From: Eledone cirrhosa | Lineage: Eukaryota | DNA length: 64,000 bases | Direction: 5' to 3' | Assembly (NCBI GenBank): GCA_964016885.1 | Contig: OZ024760.1 | Coordinates: 27,962,001 to 28,026,000 of the forward strand | Shown: positions 32,301-44,965 of the stretch, in pieces | Position numbering within the stretch: position 1 is the first letter of the stretch | Layout: the number at the start of each line of letters is the position of its first letter | Made by a program: the position numbers and the translations under genes | Notes under the pieces: generated by a model | The model's input: only the letters and a program-made list of their open reading frames with translations | Database searches by the model: none | What the model was told of the DNA's origin: nothing

Positions 32301-33660
32301 ACCCTCGTCTGGGATGCCACTTGCAGCGACACTTCCTCCAGCCGCAACCCGGTGCCGTCTGCGACTAACCCAGGTTCTGCAGCACTTCGGGCTGAGGAGG
32401 CCAAACTCTCCAAGTATCGGTCGCTTTCCGACGGGTTCGGGGTCGTGTCGGTGGCAGTGGAGACTTCTGGTGTCCTTGGCACTAGGGCTACCTCCCTACT
32501 TACCACCACAGGTACTGAGCTGGCTACCCGTAGCAGTGGATATTTCTAGTGTCCTTGGCCCTAGGGTTCCCTCCCTACTTACCAGCACAGGTACTGAGCT
32601 GGCTACCCGTAGCAGTGGAGACTTCTGGTGTCCTTGGCCCTAGGGTTCCCTCCCTACTTATCAGCACAGGCGCTGAGCTGGCTACCCGTAGCAGTGGAGA
32701 TTTCTAGTGTCCTTGGCCCTAGGGTTCCCTCCCTACTTATCAGCACAGGTACTGAGCTGGCTACCCGTAGCAGTGGAGATTTCTAGTGTCCTTGGCCCTA
32801 GGGTTCTCTCCCTACTTACCAGTACAGGTACTGAGCTGGATACCCGTAGCAGTGGAGACTTCTGGTGTCCTTGGCACTAGGGCTACCTCCCTACTTACCA
32901 CCACAGGTACTGAGCTGGCTACCCGTAGCAGTGGAGATTTCTAGTGTCCTTGGCCCTAGGGTTCTCTCCCTACTTACCAGCACAGGTACTGAGCTGGCTA
33001 CCCGTAGCAGTGGAGATTTCTAGTGTCCTTGGCCCTAGGGTTCCCTCCCTACTTACCACCACAGGCGCTGAGCTGGTTACCCGTAGCAGTGGAGATTTCT
33101 AGTGTCCTTGGCCCTAGGGTTCCCTCCCTACTTACCAGCATAGGCGCTGAGCTGGTTACCCGTAGCAGTGGAGATTTCTAGTGTCCTTGGCCCTAGGGTT
33201 CCCTCCCTACTTACCACCACAGGCGCTGAGCTGGTTACCCGTAGCAGTGGAGATTTCTAGTGTCCTTGGCCCTAGGGTTCCCTCCCTACTTACCAGCATA
33301 GGCGCTGAGCTGGTTACCCGTAGCAGTGGAGATTTCTAGTGTCCTTGGCCCTAGGGTTCCCTCCCTACTTACCAGCATAGGCGCTGAGCTGGTTACCCGT
33401 AGCAGTGGAGATTTCTAGTGTCCTTGGCCCTAGGGCTACCTCCCTATTTACCACCATAGGCGCTGAGTTGACTACTCCTAGCAGTGGAGATTTCTGGTGT
33501 CCTTGGTCCTAGGGCCACTCCCGCAACTCACCACCACAGGCGCCGAGCTGGCCAACCGCAGGCGTGAGCCTCGCGAGATGCAATGTCTCTTCCAGCGCAA
33601 CTCCTTTACCATCCTCCGGGGAAACACCTCCTCCATTCGGCCCGCTAAGGCTGTGGGGCG
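32301..33660 (+). mobile_element. CRE-clade non-LTR retrotransposon RLE 3' fragment split by an internal 79-bp tandem expansion
   Basis: LVWDATCSDT...AALRAEEAKLSKYRSL...VAVETSGVLG before the array and ELANRRREPREMQCLFQRNSFTILRGNTSSI after it, matching CRE RLE WDAT / AE..K..KY / VET.G / QR.S..I.RGN motifs. Confidence 0.85.
32454..33550 (+). repeat. 79-bp minisatellite (13 full units plus a partial one)
   Basis: gcagtgga starts every 79 bp from 32454 to 33481. Confidence 0.95.
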
Positions 33661-33814
33661 GCCAGCACGTGGGACCCCCATTTGCTCGCTTTACAAAGAG
33701 ATGGGGAGGGCGAGAGAGATGTGGGCCATGACAGTGGGAGTTCGGTTCTTCCATGTTCAGACACATTGCACCTGTCAAGAGTGTATTTTCATACTTGTAA
33801 CGAACATTGTAAAA

Positions 33815-33913
33815 TCCCGAGTTCTAATCCCGCCGAAGTTAACTTTGCCTTTCATCCTTTTGAGGTCGATAAAATAAAGTACCAGTAATTCTGGCCTTGT
33901 ACCTATAGTAGAC
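33815..33913 (+). mobile_element. Nin-domain SINE fragment
   Basis: gagttctaatcccgccgaagttaactttgcctttcatcc...agtacc. Confidence 0.8.
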
Positions 33914-34334
33914 ATATTTATTATTCACTTACGAATAAATCTAAGCTACGCAATTAAAACAGCGCAAGTCATTTAACTCCAGCGCTCCACAGTTTCTAGC
34001 AACGCGCCGCCTTTCTTTGCAGCTCTTGGATATTGTTTCTCGTTTCAGAAATTTGACTAATTTTCTTGTGCTCACTTTGGTGGTTCGTTTGGCACCACGA
34101 CTGAATTCTTCAACAGTATCGACTACAATATTAATGGTAATTACTGGTGGTGGGGTGTTTGTAGTGGTGGTGGAGTGTATGTGGTGGTGGTGTGAGTGTG
34201 ACAGATTGGGGAAAGTGGGAGGTGTTGAGGGAGTATGTTTGTGTTCGTGGGTGTGTGTTTTTATTGGGATGCCAATATATCTCTCTCATGCATGTATACA
34301 CAGTATGTGATGGAGTAAGTGTGTTTGAGTGCGC

Positions 34335-34382
<48 letters not shown>

Positions 34383-34386
<4 letters not shown>

Positions 34387-34424
34387 CGTTCCATGTTTAC
34401 ATACATATATACATACTTACACAT

Positions 34425-34460
<36 letters not shown>

Positions 34461-34576
34461 TTCGTTCCATGTTTACATACATATATACATACTTACATAT
34501 ATACATACATATATATATATATACATATATATATATTTCGTTCCATGTTTACATACATATATACATACTTACATAT

Positions 34577-34608
<32 letters not shown>

Positions 34609-34735
34609 TTCGTTCCATGTTTACATACATATATACATATATACATACTTACATATATACATACATATATATATATATATATTTCGTTCCATGTTTACAT
34701 ACATATATACATACTTACATATATACATACATATA
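34383..34735. repeat. Approx. 70-78 bp minisatellite (5 units)
   Basis: Repeated atttcgttccatgtttacatacatatatacatacttac. Confidence 0.9.
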
Positions 34736-34867
34736 TATAAATATTTGCTTGTTGTATCCCAACAAATTAAATATAACTTCTTATATATATATATATATAC
34801 ACTGTATATATATATATATATATAAGAGAGAGATTACAATAATCAAAGTTCAGTTTAAGTCATTTAT

Positions 34868-34916
34868 TTGCTTACAATTGTTTCCTCCAAACCGAGGTTT
34901 CGATTCTTCGGAGCAA
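34868..34916 (-). ncRNA. Hammerhead-like motif with U4C core change
   Basis: TTGCT-CCGAAGA-stem II (AAAC ctcg GTTT)-GAAA-CAATTG-TA-AGCAA. Confidence 0.6.
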
Positions 34917-35324
34917 CTATTTACTGATCTATAACATACTTGACCTCCTTTTCAACCCAAGAGATACATAAAACATATGCGCATATTGATCAACAGTGGG
35001 GTTACATTTTATTGCATACATAACCATAAATAGTACCCTTAATACTATATATATATATATATACTCAATTACAGAATGAACAACACAATATATTTATTTC
35101 ATTACCGAAGTTGATGATGCTTGCAGAAACATCTAGTAAGTTCGTCAGAAGATGTTTCTGCAACAATCATCCAGTTTCTCGCAAACTTTGGTAAGGAAAT
35201 AATTATAGTATGTTCTTTATTATGTAATTAAATAGCTCTGTTCTACACATAGAGCACTTTTCTTTCCTTTACCTTTTCTACAAAAATACTGAACTCAAAC
35301 ACACTTAGGATTTGAACTCAGATT

Positions 35325-35727
35325 GTGCCGTTCCATTAATGGATTGTGCTTGTAAATTCCTAACTAGTTGTGTTCTTTCTGTTCCTGTGAAGCCCAGCTT
35401 CTCAAGATTTGTATTGAGGCAGTTACTAACATACCCCAGTGCCCCAATAATCACAGGTATAAATCTGAAGGTGTAATCAGGGTGGAGTATCTGCAGATTT
35501 CTCATCAGTTCTACATAAATATTCCCCTTTTCTCTAATCTTTGATATTATACTGCCATCTGCTGGGCAGCTAATTTCCACTACTGCGCATGTTTTCTTCT
35601 CCCTGTCCCATATCATAATATCTGGACTGTTATGCCTGCATTTTATTGGGGTTTTTACTGGAACATTCCACCAGTACTCTTTCATATTATGTACATGGAT
35701 GTCTTCCACATTGCTGTAACTTTTAGT
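35325..35727 (-). pseudogene. Restriction-like endonuclease domain of an R4/Dong-clade non-LTR retrotransposon (5'-truncated, open frame)
   Basis: YWWNVPVKT...HNSPDIMIWD...VVEISCPAD...KIREK...Y...IPVIIGALG is a PD-(D/E)xK RLE of the R4 type, adjacent to (TA)n/(ATAC)n. Confidence 0.85.
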
Positions 35728-35730
35728 ATG

Positions 35731-35790
<60 letters not shown>

Positions 35791-35796
35791 CATACA

Positions 35797-36008
35797 TGAT
35801 GATGGCTGCCCCCCCCCCTCGTTATCGAGTATGGCCATTGCACGATATAATATTATTAATAATTATCAATTAATGCTATTGTGCAATGCCTGTGCGTGAA
35901 GATATTTTTTAAAGTGAGGAAAGACTGTGCACTGAGCCAATCCCACTCTCTGAGCGACAGTAGCTGTAACTCGAATAGAAGAAAACATCAACATCCTCGG
36001 TAACTACA
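35797..36008 (-). mobile_element. 5'-truncated copy of the 55545-56056 retroposon
   Basis: Reverse complement of approx. 55853-56056, with a short (CAT) tail. Confidence 0.85.
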
Positions 36009-36105
36009 TACATACATGTAACTACATACATAGACATACATACATACATGTGTGTATGTGTATGTATGTATGTATGTATATGTATGTATGTATATGTGTG
36101 CATGT

Positions 36106-36190
<85 letters not shown>

Positions 36191-36528
36191 TATCAAATTA
36201 AAAAAAACGGTGTTGGACTCACATTAATCCCCTATAATTTAATGAGTTCAAGGAATACCGGGTTCTTTATAAGATTGTATATAGAAAAAATACACAGAGG
36301 TATGTGTTCTATTCTATATATATATATATAATATATATATATAATATATATATATATATATTATATATATATATTATATATATATATTATATATATATAT
36401 TATATATATATTATATATATATTATATATATATATTATATATATATTATATATATATTATATATATATATTATATATATATATTATATATATAATATATA
36501 TATATATAATATATATATTATATATAAT

Positions 36529-36687
36529 TGGTGTTGGATGCTTAAAGCGTCCGTATGCGGTAGGCCGTATGAGCACTCAATGCCCTCATAGAGCAGAGTA
36601 TGATATCACAAAAAAAAAGAGAATCGGTGTTGCGACGATATATGTCCAATAAATTCCTTTCGTCGCAACACTGATTCTCTTTTTTCT

Positions 36688-36693
<6 letters not shown>
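36529..36693 (-). mobile_element. GAGTGC tail plus short fold-back; related to approx. 54985-55100
   Basis: Arms 36602-36638/36660-36693. gcgtccgta.gcggta.gccg.atgagca is shared with 55004-55031. Confidence 0.65.
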
Positions 36694-36717
<24 letters not shown>

Positions 36718-36724
<7 letters not shown>

Positions 36725-37027
36725 AGAGATGAAATCGAAAATGCAACTGGAGTCTTACTTTTTTAAAAAATATATATATTTATTTGGTTCCTTTACCGGT
36801 TTCGCAGTTCTTCTGCTTTTCAAAAGGTGAGTTGAGATGGAGGGTCTCTCACCTTTTGAAAAGCAGAAGAACTGCGAAACCGGTAAAGGAACCAAATAAA
36901 TATATATATTTAAAAAAAAAATAAGACTCCAGTTGCATTTTCGATTTCATCTCTTTTTCTTTATACTTTCACTCGTGTAGGACACCTCGGTTATTTTTCA
37001 TTTTGTAAAAAAAACCTCACTTTCTAA
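36718..37027 (+). mobile_element. Family L fold-back with two intact U3-A8 hammerheads (36790-36827 -, 36852-36889 +) plus tail
   Basis: CCTT-TTGAAAA-GCAGaagaaCTGC-GAAA-CCGG-TA-AAGG. Tail matches the reverse complement of 30184-30245. Confidence 0.85.
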
Positions 37028-37049
37028 TATATATATATATATATATATA

Positions 37050-37282
37050 TTCAGGTTTGAGGTTCACCACTGTATAGAGCTGGTCTATTCCGTATGGTCA
37101 ATCGTAATGCAATAATATAGAGAGTACTCAACGTAAAGCAGTTCAACCGTCTTAGTTTTTATAGTTGGTGGTGCTATTACGGAGTTAAATATTATAATGA
37201 AATGACAGGAGGCTGGATTTGTGTAAATCCTTGAAAGGTTTTAAGGATTTACACAAATCCAGCCTCTTGTCATTTCATTATA
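37050..37282 (-). mobile_element. GAGTAC tail plus short fold-back
   Basis: Arms 37194-37232/37242-37282. Minus-strand ttgagtactc approx. 75 nt from (TA)n. Confidence 0.65.
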
Positions 37283-37283
37283 T

Positions 37284-37374
<91 letters not shown>

Positions 37375-37376
37375 TA

Positions 37377-37642
37377 TCCAGGGATAACTTGAACCGTTAA
37401 GGTATATTATCCTTGGTCATGTCAAATATTTATAAAACATTTTGTATTTTATCTGATGATAGCGTACCAAAGTTTTTGGTACCCTTGAAATATATATAAT
37501 AGAATAAATATAGTTTTATAAATATAGTTTCCATTTATTTAATATCATTGTATATTACACTCCAGAAAACTTGTTGAGTGCTCTGATTCAGTTATAAACA
37601 TTTATATTTATTGAATTACCAACAAATTGAATATTCCTTCTG

Positions 37643-37645
<3 letters not shown>
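37377..37645 (+). mobile_element. Family A solo terminus with hammerhead 37445-37506
   Basis: Paralog of 29041-29310; CTGATGA 37453-37459, GAAA 37487-37490. Confidence 0.85.
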
Positions 37646-37695
<50 letters not shown>

Positions 37696-37995
37696 CACAC
37701 AAACAGCGGACAACAGAGGCCACGTACCGTTCCACTCCGACAGATAACTTCCCCGCCCCCCGGAAAAAACCCAGTTGATGGATGCGAATCCTTAATATAG
37801 GGACAATTAAATCTCTCCCAAGGTAACTCTATCTCGTGTTGTTATTTTCTTTTTTTACGCTCTTTCCTACGTTCCTCTACACACTATACATCTCATTCTA
37901 CATTCCCTTACATCTCTCTCTCCACCACCGGATTCTGTGACCCGGAGATTTACCCATCTGCATTGTTGAGGCTTCCAAAAGGACCCCCCCCCCCC

Positions 37996-38039
<44 letters not shown>

Positions 38040-38522
38040 GTATATATATATATATAAATGTATATATATGTGTGTGTATATGTGTGCGTATATATGTATG
38101 TATATGATATCGTATATCAAACATTCGACCTCGTCTCAACGGGACAATTGGTGTAGCTGTGAGAAAGTGAAATTTCAGCCTCAGAAAACAGAAACAAATA
38201 AAGTCAGCCATATTGTATGATATTTATTACTGGTTTATAGTCTCGTGGTTACATACATATAGAGACACACATATAGACATACACAGAGATGTGTAGACAT
38301 ATACACACACAGACACCCACACATAGTTGTGTAGACATATATACACTCAGACACACACACAGTTGTGTAGACATATACGCACACAGACACATATGTATAG
38401 ACATACACGCATGTATATATATATATATATACACACGTACATATATAAATACACAGACTTATATATAAATACACACATACACTCACACATATATATATAA
38501 ATACACACACACGTAAATATAT

Positions 38523-38577
<55 letters not shown>

Positions 38578-38750
38578 AATACACACACACGTACATAAAT
38601 AAGTACACACACACGTACATATATATAAATACACACACACATATATACACACACACACATATATAAATACACACACACGTACATATATAAGTACACACAC
38701 ACACACACACATATACATATATAAATACACACACACGTAAATATATAAGT

Positions 38751-38781
<31 letters not shown>

Positions 38782-39126
38782 AATACACACACACGTACAT
38801 ATATAAGTACACACACACGTACATATTTATAAATACACACATACATATACACACACACACACACACACATATAAATACACACACACGTACATATATAAGT
38901 ACACATACAGACACACACACATATACATATATAAATACACACACATGTACATATATAAATACACACATACACATATATATATATATAAATACACACACAC
39001 GTACATATATAAGTACACATACACACACACACACATATATAAATACACACACACGTACATATATAAATACACACATACACATATATATATATAAATACAC
39101 ACACACGTACATATATAAGTACACAT

Positions 39127-39169
<43 letters not shown>

Positions 39170-39829
39170 CACAAGCAGCATCAGGTAGATAAAAACTCTC
39201 GTAAATATTAACAGAAAGAGAGAAATCGACAAACCAAAATATAAGACAGACTTGTGTGTGTATGTGTGTCTGTGTGTGTGTGTGTATGTCAGTATGTGTG
39301 TGTGTATGTCAGTGTACGTGTGTGTATGTCAGTGTGTGTGTGCGTGTGTCAGTTTGTGTGTGTGTGTACGCGCATAAACGTGTACGTCTGTGTAAATGTG
39401 TGTCTGCGATGAGAGATGTGTGTGTGTGTGTATGTGTCTATGTATGCTTGTGTATATATGCGGTGTAAAAATTGTGTGTATGTTACCCTTCCAATCCCTC
39501 CCCCCCCCATCCTTGGAGTAACCATCCCCCTACCCCCCACTGCCCACCCGTTATATACACATCCCCTTCCCTTGAAGTAGCCAGCTATCTACTCCCTTAT
39601 TCCACCCTCACCCTATATATTCCCCCACTGTTCTACTCCACCCACCCTATATTCCGTCCTACCCCACAATCCCCACCTTATATACCCCCTACTGTTCTAC
39701 TCCACCCACCACCCACATCTCTATCCACCCGACTAATGAATTTTCCATTAAAACCTAACAGCACAATACGACCGGGGTGGTCTCACCTTGTTTCATTTTC
39801 CTTGCTTTTTGTTTAATCCGGGTACTTGA

Positions 39830-40472
39830 GTGGCTCGATGGTGGGGTGGTGGAGTGGTGGGGTGGTAAGGTGGCTATGAGGTTGGGTAGTTGTGTGGTAG
39901 GGTGGTGGTCAGGTGGCTCGATGGTTGGGTAGTTGTGTGGTGGGGTGGTCAGGTGGTTCGATGGTGGGGTGGCTGTGTGGTTCGGTGGTGGGGTGGTCAG
40001 GTGGCTGTGTGGTTGGGTAATCAGGTGGCTCGATGGTGGGGTGGCTGTGTGGTTGGGTGGTCAGGTGGCTCGATGGTGGGGTGGTTGGGTGGTCAGGTGG
40101 CTCAATGGTGGGGTGGCTGTGTGGTTGGGTGGTCAGGTGGCTCGATGGTGGGGAGGTTGGGTGGTCAGGTGGCTCAATGGTAGGGTGGCTGTGTGGTTGG
40201 GTGGTCAGGTGGCTCGATGGCTGTGTGGTTGGGTGATCAGGTGGCTCAATGGTGGGGTGGCTGTGTGGTTGGGTGGTCAGGTGGCTCGATGGCTGTATGG
40301 TTGGGTGATCAGGTGGCTCAATGGTGGGGTGGCTGTGTGGTTAGGTAGTCAGGTGGCTCGATAGTGGGGTGGTGGGGTGGCTGCGTGGCTGTGTGGGTTT
40401 GGTGGTGGGGTGGCTCGATGGTGGGGTGGCTGTGTGGCTGTGTAGTTGGGTGGTGGGGTGGCTATGTGGTCG
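39830..40472. repeat. G/T-rich minisatellite
   Basis: Repeated gtggctcgatggtggggtggctgtgtggttgggtggtcag variants. Confidence 0.85.
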
Positions 40473-41720
40473 GGTAACCAATCCATTCCTGGGTGTATTA
40501 ACTGGTCCGTTGTTAAATGTTCATATTTAGTTGTTACCCTTCTATAACAGTCTTGTTTCTCTGTGTCTCCCCTTTGTTTCGGCCTTGTTTTATTTGTCAT
40601 TGAAAAGCTCACATAATGTTGTTCGGATGAGGTACATATCTTCTGATGAGAGTCCAATTAGATTCGTAAATCTAATAGGTGTTTATAATTATTTCAATTT
40701 ACATATTTTTCGGCATGTTTACATGCCTACATATTAAATATGTGTATATTTACACACGTTGGTTCAGCCTCGGTTAAATCCGGAGGATTGCCCAGGGAAC
40801 CCATTGGCTGGGCTCACCCCTACGGGTGGCCAATACGACCCTGATTTTAATGAGCAAGGAGGTGGTTCTAGACCCGAAGGACACTGGAATTCTCCACCAC
40901 TACAGGTTCAACCTACATAGACGGTAGACTTAATTCGTCGCTGGTTTAACACCACGGCCTGGTCCTCGGGATCATGTAGCGGGGCCCACTCTGGGGCGAA
41001 AATTCGAGTAAGATCTGTGGTTTCAGGATGCCTTCCACCCCTCTTTACCCCTTCCACCTCTCTGAGGCCCTGAAAACAGTTATGGATGTGGTCCTTCTCT
41101 CTCTCATTAAACAGCCCCCCCCCCCCTTCCACACCCAATTGAATAAAATGAAAAATAAATAAATATATAATTCCAGTTGTGACCATCTCACATTATATCC
41201 AGCTATGATGCGTTCTCGGAGTACAAATACATATATACACATCCATACATATATACACATCCATACATATATACACATACATACATATATACACATACAT
41301 ACATATATACACATACATACATATATACATCCACATATATATATATACATCCATACATATATATACATACATATACATCCATACATATATATACATACAT
41401 ATACATCCATACATATATACACATCCATACATATATACACACATCCATACATATATACACACATCCATACATATATACACACATCCATACATATATATAC
41501 ACACATCCATACATATATACATCCATAAATATATATATACATCCATACATATATATACACATACATACATATATGCACATACATACATATACATCCATAT
41601 ATATATATACACATCCATACATGTATACACATCCATACATATATACACATCCATACATATATACACATCCATACATATATACACATCTATACATATATAC
41701 ACATACATACATATATACAC

Positions 41721-41751
<31 letters not shown>

Positions 41752-42954
41752 CACATACATACATATATACACATACATACATATATATATACATACATCC
41801 ATACATATATACACACATCCATACATATATATACACACATCCATACATATATATACACATCCATACATATATACACATCCATATATATGCATACATCCAT
41901 ACATATATACACATCCATACATATATATACATCCATACATATATACACACATCCATACATATATACACACATCCATACATATATACACATCGATACATAT
42001 ATATACACCCATACATATATATACACATCCATACATATATATACATACATATATATACACATACATACATATATACACATACATACATATATATACACAT
42101 ACATATATATATACACATCCATACATATGGACACACACATATATATACACATCCATACATATATATACATACATCCATACATATATATACACATACATAT
42201 ATATACACACATCCATACATATATATACACATCCATACATACATATATATATATATACATCCATACATATACACACATCCATACATATACACACATCCAT
42301 ACGTATATATACACATCCATACATATACATACATCCATACAGACACACACATCCATACAGACACACAACCATATACACACACATACATATACGCACAACC
42401 ATACATATATATACACATCCATACATATACGCACATCCGTACACACACACACACAACCATACAGACACATAAATCGGTACACACACGCCCACACAAACAC
42501 CAGTACACACACACAAACGCCAGTACACGCACACACACATCCATACATATACGCACATCCGTACAGACACACGCCCGTACAGACACACGCCCGTACAGAC
42601 ACACACATCCGTACACACACACACGCCCGTACAGACACACACGCCCGTACAGACACACACGCCCGTACAGACACACACGCCCGTACAGACACACACGCCC
42701 GTACAGACAGACAGCCCCGTACATACACAAGCACACATGCATATACACATACATACATACATATACATACATAGATACACACACATATATATATACAAAC
42801 ACATGCATACACACACATATATATATATATACAGACACACATATATATACAAACACATGCATACATAAACACACATACACACACACATATATATACACAG
42901 ACACACAGACACATACACAATGTGTCCTATCTATTATGTTTTTTCTGAAGACGT

Positions 42955-44130
42955 GGTTTGAGGGAGACGTGGCTGTTATATCTAGCCCTTCGTGAGACCA
43001 CATAGGAGCTTATTACACAGGATGTTTCTACTGGAAGTCATTGACCTCCAGACGTTTGAGGGAGACGTGGTTGTTATCTCTAGCCCTTCGTGAGACCACA
43101 TAGGAGCTCATTACACAGGATGTTTTAACTGGAAGTCATTGACCTCCTGACGTTTGAGGGAGACGTGGCTGTTATCTCTAGACCGTCGTGAGACCACATA
43201 GGAGCTCATTACACAGGATGTTTTAACTGGAAGTCATTGACCTCCTGACGTTTGAGGGAGACGTGGCTGTTATCTCTAGACCGTCGTGAGACCACATAGG
43301 AGCTCATTACACAGGATGTTTTAACTGGAAGGCATTGAACTCCAGACGTTTGAGGGAGGCATGGTTGTTATCTCTAGCCCTTCGTGAGACCACATAGGAG
43401 CTCATTACACAGGATGTTTTAACTGGAAGTCATTGACCTCCTGACGTTTGAGGGAGACGTGGCTGTTATCTCTAGACCGTCGTGAGACCACATAGGAGCT
43501 CATTACACAGGATGTTTCAACTGGAAGGCATTGAACTCCAGACGTTTGAGGGAGGCATGGTTGTTATCTCTAGCCCTTCGTGAGACCACATAGGAGCTCA
43601 TTACACAGGATGTTTTAACTGGAAGTCATTGACCTCCTGACGTTTGAGGGAGACGTGGCTGTTATCTCTAGACCGTCGTGAGACCACATAGGAGCTCATT
43701 ACACAGGATGTTTCAACTGGAAGGCATTGAACTCCAGACGTTTGAGGGAGGCATGGTTGTTATCTCTAGCCCTTCGTGAGACCACATAGGAGCTCATTAC
43801 ACAGGATGTTTTAACTGGAAGTCATTGACCTCCTGACGTTTGAGGGAGACGTGGCTGTTATCTCTAGACCGTCGTGAGACCACATAGGAGCTCATTACAC
43901 AGGATGTTTCAACTGGAAGGCATTGACCTCCAGACGTTTGAGGGAGGCATGGTTGTTATCTCTAGCCCTTCGTGAGACCACATAGGAGCTCATTACACAG
44001 GATGTTTCAACTGGAAGGCATTGAACTCCAGACGTTTGAGGGAGGCATGGTTGTTATCTCTAGCCCTTCGTGAGACCACATAGGAGCTCATTACACAGGA
44101 TGTTTCAACTGGAAGGCATTGACCTCCAGA
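42955..44130. repeat. 98-bp minisatellite (approx. 12 units)
   Basis: gacgtttgagggag recurs at 43051, 43149, 43247 and onward. Confidence 0.95.
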
Positions 44131-44366
44131 CAAAGCTGTAACAGCGACTCTTAAATAAGAGTTTTCACAAGCGTGACTTTCACTAATGGTTTTAACATTT
44201 CTGTAAAAACAAGGAGAGATTTATGACTCAAACCTCTTAGATGGTATTTCTAGAAGAGGTCACAACTTCTGATATTAAACAGAAAGTCTTCTAACCCTTT
44301 TAATACCAACAAGTCTAAAATAGCACGAATTTCTACAGCACTAAACTATGTTATAAGGAGTATAAA

Positions 44367-44470
44367 CAGGGTGTCGCCAAAAATGTATACACACTTCAAC
44401 AGCATTCCTATAAATATTGCCTATACAGGTAATCAAAGTGTGTATACATATTTTGGGGCACCCCGACCTG
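44367..44470. mobile_element. Tc1/mariner-type MITE (inverted copy of 27654-27754)
   Basis: CAGGGTGTC..CAAAAATGTATACACACTT TIR, with shared internal sequence. Confidence 0.75.
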
Positions 44471-44754
44471 TATTTATTTAATAAAAACCTTCTATTAAAT
44501 CTTTGTGTAAGCACATTTGTTAAGCTATGTTCCAAACACCAATTTAACCCCTTTGGTATCAACCCAGCCAAAACAGGCTCTGGTTCTAAGAAACAAAACC
44601 ATCCATTTTAAGGGGTTCTTACTTAAATTAAAATATTCAACATAATTTTATGTATAAAAAAAACAACATATTTTATCTTACTATTTTATTAGTGAAATAA
44701 TTTTAGTAAATCCCTCAAAATTCTTCATTATTTGAAATAGAATGTATTTCATTA

Positions 44755-44870
44755 GAGGCCAAAGATTTGAGTTAATCAAATTGACCCTTAGTACGTGACT
44801 AGTATTTATTTTATCGACCCCCGGAAGGATGAAAGGCAAAGTTGGCCACGACAGGATCTGAACTCCGAAG
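44755..44870 (-). mobile_element. Diverged Nin-domain SINE (other subfamily)
   Basis: ttttatcgacccccggaaggatgaaaggcaaagt...gaactc. Confidence 0.7.
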
Positions 44871-44965
44871 GTAAAAAGAAAACCTCTTCGGTCACGAATG
44901 ACTGTTTTGCATCTAGAAAATTCCCCTCTGAAGCACAAGTCTAGGCATAGTGTTCACACCACCAA

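Noticed and set aside
35064-35230. Degenerate hairpin with TTGATGA...GAAA
   Set aside because: Arms are too diverged and the core pairing is ambiguous, so a family or ribozyme could not be assigned.
40640-40682. Hammerhead-like CTGATGA-GAGTC caatta GATTC-GTAA
   Set aside because: The GAAA box is mutated and stems I and III are unclear. Probably a decayed copy, not called as functional.
40915-41013. Possible minus-strand exon DLTRIFAPEWAPLHDPEDQAVVLNQRRIKSTVY
   Set aside because: Plausible GTAGGT donor but a weak acceptor and no recognisable homology. Similar unsupported candidates at approx. 24100-24200, 31190-31270, 39790-39830 and 51630-51710 need RNA-seq.
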